Source of the DNA: Balanoglossus misakiensis
Taxonomy: Eukaryota; Animalia; Hemichordata
Assembly: GCA_040954595.2 (NCBI GenBank)
Contig: CM082592.2
Coordinates: 6,869,677 to 6,933,676 of the forward strand
Length of the DNA: 64,000 bases
Direction of reading: 5' to 3'
The notes below the pieces were generated by a model. The model saw only the letters and a list, made by a program, of their open reading frames with translations, ran no database searches and was not told the origin of the DNA. Positions 26,205-38,626 of the stretch are shown here, one piece after another. The first letter of the stretch is position 1; each line of letters starts with the position of its first letter. A program made the position numbers and the translations under genes.

Positions 26205-26833
26205 AGGGACAAAGTTGAGATTTAATCTTGAATATTTTGATTTTATGTCATTAAATTCTGACTAACAAAATATGCTGGCAGGTGTGACGTGAATCACAGG
26301 TGCTTCATTCATGTCACACTATATGAAAATTTTATGACGCAATTTCTTGTCCATACCGGAAATTATGACATCCGGGATTTTATATATCATGCTTATACAC
26401 AGGGTACAAGAGGGGTTTTGCTGGCCCAGTTTATAAGCATGGATCATTAAGCAAGACACACAGAACATTACACTTGATTTCATCAAACAAAAGCACTTCA
26501 TCAATGAAACATCAGCTGTTACTTCTGCCTATTTCTGTTTTCAATGGTTTTGTTTTGCGCATCAACGATCAGTTTCTCGTTCTACTCCCAACGACAGCCT
26601 GTGTGCATATATAAAACAACCATTGTTATTGCATACAAATGGATTTAAGTCCAGATTTGAATTCAATATACAATGCTAACAGTTAGTTCATAATACAGAA
26701 GGCATTCAACCTAAAAAATACTGTAGTCGATACACAGCAACAAAACATACAGAGAAAAAACAAACATTACAGCTAATGGAGACTGAAAACTGAAATACCC
26801 AAATTAATATCAAAAGATGGCAACTTTGTCCCT
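26205..26833. mobile_element. Kolobok-like non-autonomous DNA transposon (629 bp)
   Basis: TTAA|AGGGACAAAGTTG ... CAACTTTGTCCCT|TTAA gives a perfect 13-bp TIR with a TTAA TSD. The segment at about 26570-26670 resembles the 5956-6305 family. Confidence 0.75.
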
Positions 26834-28292
26834 TTAACGGTCTAAATAATATGAGATGGAGAACCCTTAAATTGCAAACTTTGACCGAAAAAGACTTTTA
26901 TATGATATTTTCCATAAAATCTCCAGTGAATTTTATGTACTTTGCTTTCAACCAATTCTACTAGATGCCAGGCATTGCCATCAGTAAAGTTTCACCCTCC
27001 ACAGCGGGAACACCCCTCTGCAAACTGCCATGTGGAGAATTCCTAAATTGCCCAATAACTGGAAATAGGATGTAAGAAATTACATTACCCACAATAAACA
27101 ATGATCTTTTACTGCATGTATTTTGTCTCGTTATTTTTGAAAGCATTAAAAAGCTATCCACCAAGGCAAAAAAAAAATTTTCTATTTAATCCGTTTTTGG
27201 AGGTTCATTCCGAAGGTTTCTTTTATGAAGATTGATTTGACGGATCTTTCCGTGGTAGTACGTGAGGAAAAGAAAGCGCGGAGAGAAGTCACGGAATATC
27301 GGGATTTGGGAACGGCAACATCCTGGCCACCAAATGCAGAATATATCGGGGCATTATCTGAAGCTCACAAGGTTACAACCTTTAATAAATACCAGATAAT
27401 ACGATTTCAAAATCTGGATCTCATCAGTGAATCGCAGTGGAGCTCAGCATCGCCTGACCTTTCACTGCGATCATTTTATCAGCACGCTCGCCGGCCATAA
27501 ATGCAATTACGCTAACTTCAATAGAATCAATTTTTGCGACTGCAGTATTGTACTCGGCATAGAAATCCCTTCTCTAATTTTTTCACCTTTTCTGATATCG
27601 ATGTATGAACTAGATAAAAAAAAAATATCTGCGGAGACCGAATTGAGGAAAATGCTCCGGAATCGTCAATGACTCGTACAGATATTCTTTTTTCAATTAC
27701 AGTGTGTGCTCATTCTCCCCGACCAATCTGGAATACAATGTTTGAGATTTACGACGACATAAATCATCGAAATATGCAGCAAAAAAGATAACCGCTCGCT
27801 CACTATCCTTCTTAATAAAAAGAACTCAAATTACCATCCAGAAATCACAGAGATCCACAAGATAGCGCCGAAACAATATTGCATTTCGATATTTTTTTCA
27901 CTCTATCTCTCTCCGCTGACAGATATTTCCATAGATTTGCAGGTCCCGGCAAATGTCAAGCAACTGTCAGCCCTGGCAATTTTGTATAATCAATATTTCA
28001 TGAGGTGCCTATGTATGACAGTCACTGATTTCCCCCCTCCTTTCATCGGGCTGTCCAATCCGCGCCCATCGCACGCCGACACAGATAACTAGTGGCTATT
28101 GTCTTTGTACAGCCGACTACATGCAATTTCCTCCCGCAATTTCTATAGGAAATCACGGCGAGGCAAAATGGACCGACTCGGGGTGTCACATACAAAGAAA
28201 CAACTAATGCAACAGTGATTGCAGCTATCTTCTATGGCGCTCTCCCGTAGCCTTGCCACTAGGGGGCCCACCTTTCCTGTTGCTTCTAGACA

Positions 28293-28295
<3 letters not shown>

Positions 28296-28343
<48 letters not shown>
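28296..28343. repeat. (GA)24 microsatellite
   Basis: Read directly from the sequence. Confidence 0.98.
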
Positions 28344-28347
<4 letters not shown>

Positions 28348-31300
28348 AATCCAATTCCCTCTTTGTTTAATCAAACCCATTAATGTACTTAACCACCTTA
28401 TTTTTTCCTGCAAGACACAAAAACAAAACCCCCGGCAGAACCAATATACATAGAGGGTTCAATTCTCACACAAATGCATGAACAGTTCCTATGACAACCG
28501 AGAGACACACCTGAATCTTCCGAAGTAAAATCGGAAGGCCATCAGACAGGCAGAGATTTTAAAAGGGATCTCTTAACCACCGTCTGTATATTAAATCTTT
28601 CGATTGCCTTCATTTCCTTTGTTGGGGCAGTAATTTACATCGCCACAGAGCGCGAACGGAGAACAATTGCCAACATTCGATACCTTTTTCACACATCAAT
28701 ACAGAGCGCTGACTGAGTAAATTAAACTCTCTGGTAAACACACTGTCCCAGGTTGTTACTAAAGTCCTTTGATGAAACCTCGGTAATTTTATCTAGTGGG
28801 ATGAGACCTATAAAAACAGGTATAACACTATGCGTTTTATTAGCCATCTTATAGAAGGCATCAATCTATTTGGTGCACAAATGTCAACTTGTCAACATGC
28901 CATGTGAAACGATACAAAAGACTCTTCATCCATTTCATATATTCTCATCAACTCCTTGATTATACACCTTTTTGCAATTATTCATCATTTTTACACAAAT
29001 ATTGAATTTTTGCTTCGTTTCGAAATCCACCAAGTTTACATATATTGGGGAAAAGTATTTATCATTATGGATTATTTTTAAATGGTGTTCAATTTCACTT
29101 TTTTCTATATTTTATTAAGTATTTCATCTCTGAACTAAATGCGTGTTTGCTCAATTAAACCCTTGTGTTGACAAGCACACGGCCATCCTGAGATCGCAAA
29201 AGACCACATTTTGTATCAAATTGCGACCCAAACCAAACACAAAGCCTCAATTTTCAATTTGACAGCGTCCGTCTGCTACATTTCACCCCGGGTCCTCGTG
29301 AAAAGGAGCTGAATTTGATCCGCGCAAAAAACGCTCCCCACTTCAGCGGCAGAACACGATAGCCTGTTCGTCTGACACATTAAGCCCGGATTTCACTAGC
29401 CTTTCAGCTAAGGGGGTGGAGAAAAAACTCGCAACACTCGCAAGATACGGAGTACGGTTACCGACTCGGAGAAAGCGAATCATTCGATTTGCGCAACTTG
29501 GCACCATCTGCTCTTGTCTGGCAAGCCTCTCCATGCCTGGGAGGTGTCGAAGCGCAAACGCGGCACGCACGCGCGACCCTCTACACACAGCACTTCCTTT
29601 CCACCTCATTGTTTGACATCAGAATTTTGTATCAGCGCAACGTTCTCTGAAATCAGCGCCGGTTTCGTAATATAAAAAGCCCCCCCAGTGACACCACTGT
29701 CTCTCCACGTATTTTATGCGCAAAAATATGATCACATTTTCTCCGATAGCCTTTGAATTCCTCTCTATAAATCCTGTTTAATCTCAACTATCCTAGCAGT
29801 TCATCTCTTTGCGACACGTCGGTTGCGTATTTAAAAAAAATACGGGGGACCCGATTACACAAAAATTTAACCACCGTTTTAAAAGCTGCCATTTCCAAAA
29901 CCCCAGCAGTGCTTTTTTCAAATGTAATTAGCTTTCCAGCCGAGTGAATTTTCCTTCTGCGCTCATTGTTGAATACAGAAGAGCTGTTCCGTCATCATTG
30001 AACGCAATTACTGCATATATTTTTTTTCACGTGATAATAACAGCAGCAGGCAAAAACAGAACTGCCCCGAAGACGAGAAATAATATAGCAACTAAAACCA
30101 CCAGAGTTGCACACAAACGATGGAGCTTCGGGGGTTTTATTAAGGTCCATAACTGGAAAATTGACTAAATTTCCCATGATCAAAAAAAAAATTTTTACGT
30201 ACTAAATAATACCAAATATACTACGCTTTTCACAAATCTTAATGCAACCAAACATCACACCAGTGTTTGTTATTTGCAAATGCAACCAATATCGGATGGA
30301 CCGTTAACTAGCTTATTTAATACTTCACACAAAAACGTAATGGGAATAATAATATTGTTCGGTTATTATTGTCAATCAATTTTTACCCACTACTGTTAGT
30401 AAATTTAACCTCAATATGGTAAATTACTGCACTATTGCTTGATTAGATTTCTTCTTCAATTCATAAGTGAAGCAAAAAAAATCGACAATGTTCAAATGTC
30501 TTCCTAATGAAATAAGCACAAAGTCACAGGGTGAAAGGTCAAACACGCCAGGGGTCGATTTTGAGACACGGTAAATTATCCTACAATTTTTGGCTCTGTT
30601 TGTGTTTGCAATATCATACTAAAATGTTCACATTTGGAGAAACCTGACAATTCTCATTTTGCTTGAAGGACTAGCCAGGGTTTGCCAGCAATTACAGAAT
30701 GCTAAATGCGGGTGAATCTGAGATAGCCTACGAATCTAAAAATATCAAAGAAATGTAAATTGTACTTGAGTGAAGTACAAATGAAAGTGGACTTCACTCG
30801 AGTGAAAGTGAACTTCAAGATACGTGTGCACAGCATGTCCGTAAAATTGCACCAACGCCATTAAGCAGGAGAAAGCGTTAGATATAAACTCAAATTTTCT
30901 GTGCAAACATAAATGGATGTGCTCCCAGAAACCGGTGAGTGTAGAAAATAAAAGAAAACCTGGGGCAAGAATTTCTGTGAACGTTGCTGACATCTGGTCC
31001 ACCAACAGAGACTGTAAACAGATGTACACCTCAACTGTAACAGATACGCTTTTCTTTTATTTGTTTCAAATTGTTGAATTTAACCTATCAACCCCTTGTT
31101 GGAGTTCATTTGTCCGTGGATCACAATGAAACAAACTGGATGTTTCTGCACTATCACAAAGGGGGAAGGAACATGATGGTGAACAGATGGATAGGGGCAT
31201 TTCGGCATTGAAATTTAGAGGGTTAGAAAACGAGTATATTTTGACAATTTGGATTTTGGTCTTTAATTGTTGTTTAGAGCAGGAATGTATTTATTTTAAG

Positions 31301-31799
31301 GAAGGCCAACCAGAAGAAGTCCCATTTGCAGGCTCCATTGCACACGATAGTTTTCATCGTACAAGATCAGTTGGCAACGAACACACACACACGTATATAT
31401 CTACAAATGGCAGGAGTGTCAACGTGACAGCTTTCACTCTGCGCAAATGTTGCAAACAGTACTGACAAACGAGGTCCGACTTTAAACGTTGTTGACAGCC
31501 GATGAAAGGAGTAATCGGCGGCCAACAAATTGTCAGATTAAGGTACATTTAACACTTTAGGACGGCTGAAAAAATCACTCGCATTAGCGCCGTCGCACTG
31601 GCATGCCAAACGGGAAACAGGTGGAGGGACGAGAGAAAAGGCCACAATTAGGCAAATTGACAACTGCGCCAAAACCCAATTGCGTTTTTCCTCATTCGGC
31701 ACACCCTAAATCAAAATGCTCCCGGACCGCAACGGCCAAGTGCGGGTATCCACGGCAACAAAACGGTGAGAAAAACAAGATACGCTGTTCGTTACTTAC

Positions 31800-31835
31800 T
31801 ATATATCCTTTGCCGGAACTGGAGTGAGAGCTCGC
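31800..31835 (-). CDS. AUTS2: AUTS2-like short exon (36 nt, ASSHSSSGKGYI; equivalent to vertebrate exon 4)
   Basis: Minus strand reads tctctcttcgtttctgtcttccag|GCGAGC...GGATATATA|gtaagt, phase 0-0. Same 12-codon length as the recalled AUTS2 SSAPSSLGTGYF, with the GxGY motif. Confidence 0.92.
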
Positions 31836-34361
31836 CTGGAAGACAGAAACGAAGAGAGACGGAGAAAGGAAACGTTGAGATTGATTGCAGTGAAATCGCA
31901 CACCGCCGCGCCGGGGTCAGGTTACTCAAATACCTGTGCCAATCATACAAAATATCAATACTCCCAACGACCGACTCTACCTTCATAGATCTCGCAGTCT
32001 TGCTTTACACATCCACACGTGAGGAGGTCACTTCTCGCACGCACGACGCCAACAATAGAACCGGAAGTGGCCTGGTTTTACGGCAGTGATGAAATCACTC
32101 TAGGTACGCGCAGACAGCATCCTAGTGTATCGACAATTCCCTTTTGCAGCTGCGTACTAGCAGCGGTTCAAGTAAATTATCCCACCCCTTTGAGAGAGAA
32201 AAAAGGCGAGCGAGCAAACAAACCACCGCAATTATCATAATCATCTCAGCCATAAAATTAAACCGTCATTAAACAATAGAAACCCCCTTCCGTAATTACT
32301 GGCTACGGCCATTGTGTGGGTGACGTTTAATCCTCGCGTACGTGCGAGCGATCGCAGCCGAAATTGAGTTAAATTGAAGTAATAGGGCCGCAGTGTTTCT
32401 GCCTGTCAAGCGATCGGGACTCCACTGTTATCGGACTTTGATTGCATTTTCCAGAAAATGGCGTGACAGGATTGATTGGGGGGAGGATATTATGCTTTTC
32501 TCCCCAGACCCTTTGTGAGGTGGTAACAAGGCAATTTGTCACCAATCCTGGCCACCGTTACCTTTGAAAGCTAACCCTTTTCCCTGCTAATTGTTAATAA
32601 AACGCGGTAATATATAGATATTAACGTTATTTACATTTTCCATTGGAAATCAATAAAAGCCATACAATGAGTTTAATCATGTCCATTTTCCATCTTTTTA
32701 TTGAGTTGGGCAGGAAATAGGATTCACTGGGGATTACTATTTACATAATAGTTGCTATTTAGTTTTGATTTACATGACACATTACGGCCGTCTGTTTCCA
32801 CGGCAACCAATCAAAATAATCAATTCGGTCCCCATCAGGCTGTGAATTTGTCACAAAGTCGTCGCGGGTGCAGAGAAGTCGTACAAGCCTGATCTTTCTC
32901 CGTTTTTTTTTCATCCCCAGCCATTAATATTCTGTTCTATTCATCGACTGTCATTTTTCACTTTTTGCTCTCGCCGAGCCGTCCTTTTCTGTTCCCCGCG
33001 CCCACAGACACACGCGCTGACAAAAGACGAAAATCCCATGGAAAAAGGGGGAACAAAAAAAAGAACGAACACAAGAATAGACAGATCATCCTTTGTGGAG
33101 CTGTCATTTCCTGGAAATTTTGACATGAAATATTTACAAATTTAATAAAGGTCAATCTCGCAGGATTTGTCGATACAATGGGAAAAGCTAATGCAATCCA
33201 TCTTGCTCAAAAGGCCCATTAATTTTTTAAATTGTAATTTCATGAAAATTTACAGACTGAAGGACACTGTGTGAATAAGTTCAAACAAGAGGAATCAGAC
33301 GGACAAACAGATCAACGATACGCGGCCATATTGCGTCTGAAAACAATCCAAACTTGGTATTGCTGATCAATCTTTTGAAATGAAAATTGCGAGGCGGCGC
33401 ATTAATAACCGGGGATAGTGTCAGATTTGGGGCGCAACCACTGTGTTTGGAGGGGTGACTGCAGTGTACGTAGATGTACAGACACAGGCGCGCATTTCGG
33501 CGTATCGCACAATGTTCCACTCTCTGAAATGGGTTGCATATTTAAGATATATGGCAGATTGACAGGGTGAAACATGTTGCAGGAAGTATACGCAGACAAA
33601 TAACACACTCTTTCAGAAAGACTGACACGCCATTACGGGAATGTGCACAATGCACGTGCACGTGCTCACATCACGTCTTTTACACATACACACACACGCA
33701 TGCATAAACACACACACAGTGCATCTGTCAAACACACTCATGTTTTAATACCTCACAATTCACAACAACTCAAAAAGAAAGGAATGTTTTTTGTCCCACA
33801 TATTTTTTCCCATTTTCACTTTTAAGCGTCAGTCTTGTCCGGCTCAAAGTGCCCAGCCACGGGCTTGCGGGAACGGAACAAAAGTGCACACATAACAAAT
33901 TCAAAGTGCGGGCTCAGAGCAGTCGAAAGGGATCACTATGTCATGTTTGATAAATTCAGAGCCAGTGAACTATGGCGTCCCCCGGGAATTCAGGGTGTCT
34001 CCAAAATCTATGAACTCTTTCCACTTGGCTACACTTCTATGAGTCGAAACCCGCCACACATACACAATGTTTCATCTCTCTTTCTTTGCAAAGCCTAAAA
34101 AGCTTAACGCGGCATTAATTGACAATGCGGAGGCGTTTCCCCTCTGCTCTTTCTCACTCCTTTCAGCCTCGCCGGAATTTAGCTAAAGCCTGGCCGTTTC
34201 GGAATACTCAGACAAAAACGACAGCGAGAAATCTGCTGTGACATATGCGTGTGCACTACACAAACTCACGTACACTGGATGAAATGAAGTGTATGTCAAT
34301 GAAACACCAAAAAATCACCACTCGCTGCACACACGGACCTCTCACTTTCAGTAGAACAACG

Positions 34362-34530
34362 CAGTGTGCCCTCTAACTAACACTTTTTATAAGCTTTGAG
34401 TCAATTAGAGGATTTCTACATTTTTCACTGAGTCAGACCTATACCTTTGCATGTAGTCAGACTATTTTCCTGAGTCACCAGTGAGTTTGTTGAGTCAGTG
34501 GTGTGTTATATGGGCTTTGAGGGCACACTG
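34362..34530. mobile_element. hAT-like MITE (169 bp) with four internal TGAGTCA motifs
   Basis: Perfect 12-bp TIR CAGTGTGCCCTC (34362-34373) / GAGGGCACACTG (34519-34530). TGAGTCA at 34397, 34429, 34471 and 34491. No direct-repeat TSD visible. Confidence 0.65.
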
Positions 34531-34738
34531 GTTCTACATATCAATCTGGGCTAACGTTTGCTTGATTCAACACACACAAACACACACACACACATGAAAG
34601 ACACACATACACACAGAAGAAAAAAAGTCGCTGGCCTGATGGAAGAGCACAAACAATCTCACCAAACCAACAGCACCCCAACGACGACAGACACTCCGCG
34701 AAGGAAAGGACACAATAGAGTATAAGTTTAATACTCAC

Positions 34739-34837
34739 ATCACTCAGTCTCTCCCTCGAACTGCTTCTCACGCCGTTGGTTTCTTGCGGTCTTGTGTTTT
34801 CGTCACTTGTGCACTTACCACTGTGAGGAGATCTCGT
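34739..34837 (-). CDS. AUTS2: AUTS2-like exon (99 nt, TRSPHSGKCTSDENTRPQETNGVRSSSRERLSD; equivalent to vertebrate exon 3)
   Basis: Minus strand reads tcctcctcttttgtctcttgcag|ACGAGA...AGTGAT|gtgagt, phase 0-0. Ends in RSSSRERLSD, identical to the recalled AUTS2 motif at the same exon end. Confidence 0.93.
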
Positions 34838-35874
34838 CTGCAAGAGACAAAAGAGGAGGAACGGTAAAAAACTTCAAAAACAGACGCAAGATCTTTCAAG
34901 TCGGGATTCCCGGCGAGAATAAAAGCAAAACCCGCTCTGTTTTCGGTTTCAATCAGTGTGCCTTTACAAATGTGTTCCGATCTGCTTAGCCGCAAACAAT
35001 AGCACATCCTCAATAGTAAAACAAGTGCCTTCTTTTTTTAATCCGTGGCTAATGCTGGTAATCCTCAAGACATTCAGTCTTTAACGGAATCTTTCATGAA
35101 ATGGCAATTTGGCAAAGACTATTGTGGCATTTCAACAGCTTTTCAAATCCCTGCTTTCATGTGGTGACATTTTTTACCCAGATTGAGAAAAAAATCAGGT
35201 TTCTTCAGCCGTTCAGAGAGCGATCCATTTTCTCTCAGGCGATAGTATAAAAATCACCATTCGCCAACGGTAAATACTAAACTAAAATGCAATGCTTTGG
35301 TCTGTCAAGTCTACAGGTACACAACTTCACCGCTAAGATCTGCACATTGGCGGGTCGCAAGCCACATAAAGCTAAGCCCCAGATCTCGACGATGATACCC
35401 AGAGAGGATAATAAAGAGTTTGGCCGCGGAGAGATTAAAATACAGGAGTGACCGACAACAACAACAACAGGTGGTCCCGCTCTCGTCAAGAGGTCATCAG
35501 GACCACTTCTCCCTCTCCGTAAAAAAACTGGTGCCATGATCGCGCTCGGTCATGCACACGTATGCATTCAGATGATCCCAAACACTCAGAAGGTGAAAAG
35601 AGTTACAACCTATTGTTGTCGCCTTTTTAACAGGGGGTTCTCAAAACTCGACGAGGAGAAACGTCGAAGACTTTGTAACTTGTCAAGTAGATCGTAAAGA
35701 TGACTAAGCGCCACCGTAAGTTCAGGATACCATGTTCCTTTGTTTCGGGGTTTTAGTTCAAGCAACCGCCTTGGTCTGACCGTCCTCAAGTTACATTACC
35801 ATGGTTTCCAAGTATCCAGCAATGACTCACTTGATATTCATAACACACTTAATATAGAACACAAACCGTGGTAT

Positions 35875-35923
35875 AATTTGTATAGGTATAAACCGTATAA
35901 TACGGATTATACCTATACAAATT
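35875..35923. repeat. Near-perfect 49-bp palindrome
   Basis: AATTTGTATAGGTATAA-A-CCGTAT-A-ATACGG-A-TTATACCTATACAAATT; 23 of 24 pairs are complementary around 35899. Confidence 0.95.
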
Positions 35924-36628
35924 TAGCCATTGTTAGTGTTACCATGGAAAGTGGAGATCTAGCCAATCAGAGATTTTCACTGGGTGGCCACTTGAAAAAA
36001 AAGTGCACCATCTAAGGAGTTGTTTTAACCATATATGGGCAAATTTAATTTATATTGTATGTTTTTAATTCACAATAATTGGGAATCTAATCTTGCATAT
36101 TAATGCTCATATTAGCATAATATTATTACACCTGTCAATGCGATTAAAATTCTGTTTAATGTGGATTGTCAATTGCCCTAAGAAGAGAATTGTTTAACAA
36201 ACAGTATTAAACTGTGACCGACACAATGATCAATCAAATATGACACGCAAATTGAAATTGTTTCCCCTGACATGAGATAAAATTAGAGGAGCCAGTTTGG
36301 TTTGACTGATGGTTTAAAAAAAAACAGGTTATATTCACCTTCTTCAAGGTAAGCCATTAAATCACGAATAAATTACACAGGTTGAACTAGTAAGAGCCCT
36401 TGAAATGAATGTATCCTGAAACGTTCCTGAACAGCACACTCACATGACAAGTGGATTTCTCCAAATGGGCCTATTGTGAAAATCGGATCATTTCCTCGTC
36501 CGACTACACAACCACGAGCGAAAAACCAGCTAGTCACGTCGACACGCAAAACATCGCGTCATAGGTCAGATGTTCATCATCTTTAATAGCTCAGTTACCG
36601 AACTGTCGTTTTGTGGGGGGTGGGGATT

Positions 36629-36710
36629 TGGCTGATTGGTAAAATTTGTGTTTTGACTTCCTCGCTATGTGAAATCAGCACAGTAGGTCTGAGTTTGAAT
36701 CCACCGAAAG
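36629..36710 (+). mobile_element. Possible degenerate tRNA-derived SINE head
   Basis: A-box-like TGGCTGATTGG at 36629 and B-box-like GAGTTTGAATCC at 36691. No cloverleaf could be folded. Confidence 0.3.
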
Positions 36711-36763
36711 TTTACACACACGCTGGTTTTCTTTTTAAGCACGGTTGGTTTATTCAATTTTAA

Positions 36764-36848
36764 CCCTTTCATCCCCAGTTCCATCTTTAGAGGTCCAACC
36801 TCACCATAGAAAACAATGGGTTTGGACTAAACCATGGCGGTGAAAGGG
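36764..36848. mobile_element. piggyBac-like MITE (85 bp) with TTAA TSD
   Basis: TTAA|CCCTTTCA ... TGAAAGGG|TTAA. CCC..GGG ends plus TTAA are piggyBac hallmarks. A second full-length copy lies at 49368. Confidence 0.8.
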
Positions 36849-36855
36849 TTAAGAC

Positions 36856-36907
36856 CAGGTATAGTTGCCATGTTATTTTTTCAGGTATAGTTGCCATGTT
36901 ATTTTTT
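36856..36907. repeat. 26-bp tandem duplication CAGGTATAGTTGCCATGTTATTTTTT x2
   Basis: Exact copies start at 36856 and 36882. Confidence 0.95.
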
Positions 36908-37708
36908 TTTTCTGTCTGGGGCACACAGCCAGAAGCCTGTCAGCAGCCAGCCTATCTACCCCACCTTATCTTCTTTACCCTTTACACAGCAAATACACAA
37001 CCATTAAAGCAAAGTACGAGATAACCAGAGTAGCAACGGCTGAGAGCTTCTAACAAGGCGCCAATTTCAGCTGTCCAGAATGACCAGATTTATGTTATTG
37101 TAGCCATTACAGAGTTTGCACAGGTCTCCATATATTGCAAATCCCCCACACAGCTTTGCCCAATAAAAGAGATAAGCTTTTACAGCAGCCCTGGTAATAT
37201 CCAATAAATGGACACTTAATTTGTTGCAGTGTCAGAAACGGCCACCGGCAAATAGGTGATGGTTTCTGCCGGTGTTTTTTGGCCGCGATCATCATCAGTC
37301 ATCAAATTCAAATGCCAAGTTGCCTTTCTAGGGAGAGGCTGAAACTGGAGAGGTGGAGTATCAAACTAACAAACTGATTTATGATTTAAACGCAATCGTC
37401 CGGCCTGTTTGAGCATGACTGAACTGAATATTAATTGGTTTTCGCGCTGAAGTGATAAAATTATGTGTCACGCTCGCTGGTCACACCCACCCTGTCCGGA
37501 CAGATTTACTAATAGATGTTTTTACAGAAACTTATTATCACATCACCCGAGAGGAACTTCAGTTTCATTTAACTTGCGACACGAAGCACCATGCCCGACT
37601 GTCGATCACTGACAGACATTTTGTATTCTGCTGAAGTCGAAGGCACCTAGACATTTGAACACCTGGGTACAATTATTTTTTTGAACACGAAAATTATTCA
37701 CAGCACAG

Positions 37709-38626
37709 CAGAGTTTCCGGTTACGCAAAAATGTGCGTAATACACGCAATGGAAAATTTCTATACGCATATTGAACCGACAAGTGCGTCTGGCGTACGCA
37801 ATGAAACTGACTCTGTTTTCGCCATTGAAAGTTCGAGCTAACAAAAGACTCATCAAACGACCGACAAACTAGACAGCACCTTGTGCACGCTTACATGTTT
37901 TGAATAAAATTGCAACATTCCAAACCATTTGCGCAGACGCTTGACCATGATAAAATGTAACAATTTTCGTTTAGCGCGCGTTCCAATCATCATGCCATGC
38001 GTCACGTACGTGTAATATCGATCAACATGGCGGCAAAACAGTCAACTTTATTTTCATTTAAATTTACGTCGAAATCCTCTACTGATAATGGAAAGAAAGC
38101 CACTGAAATCGATGATTCGGAACACCAAGAGTCAGTGGGGGATGCCCCACCAGTGAAAAAAATGCGAGAGAATGCAAAGACTGGCCACACAGAATTCAAA
38201 GATCAGTGGCTCGCCGAGTACATTTGTGTATCCGTGGTTACGGCACGACGTCGACGAAAGCGGCGGAAAAAAAGACACTCGTGCTTTTCTGTAAAGTTTG
38301 TGAAAAATATGGCAAAAAGAATGCTTTCATGCATGGTTCTCGTGATCTTCAAAAATCGGCCATCAAACGGCATATGCAAGGCACTGATCATAGAAGCGAC
38401 GTCATTTGTCTCAGTAAACGTAAAATCACGTCAATAGCTGTTTGGTCTGTTTAGAATTCTTGTTGGTTACAATGTGTGCCATTTGAAGTGTTTTGCATTA
38501 TTTTGCAACAGTCTGCTAATGGTGTGATATGAATACATTGTACGCATTTAAATCACCTTCGTACGCATTTTTATTGACCTCTTGCGTATGGCATACGCTT
38601 GGGGAAAAAAACTACCGGAAACTCTG
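37709..38626 (+). mobile_element. Internally deleted hAT-superfamily DNA transposon (918 bp), 13-bp TIR, 6-bp TSD
   Basis: GCACAG|CAGAGTTTCCGGT ... ACCGGAAACTCTG|GCACAG, with TSD at 37703-37708 and 38627-38632. TACGCA/TGCGTA subterminal motifs cluster at both ends. Contains a transposase 5' remnant. Confidence 0.88.
38027..38420 (+). pseudogene. Frameshifted N-terminus of a hAT transposase (TTF-type zinc finger, ZNF862/C17orf113-like)
   Basis: Removing 10 bp (38221-38230) and one A from the run at 38267-38273 gives MAAKQSTLFSF...EFKDQWLAEYPWLRHDVDESGGKKTLVLFCKVCEKYGKKNAFMHGSRDLQKSAIKRHMQGTDH. This fits the W..EYPWL / FCxxC / F..G / H....H pattern. No DDE core is present. Confidence 0.82.

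Noticed and set aside
37997-38437. 146-aa ORF as an intact gene
   Set aside because: It is the frameshifted read-through of a transposase remnant; its Arg-rich tail is out of frame.
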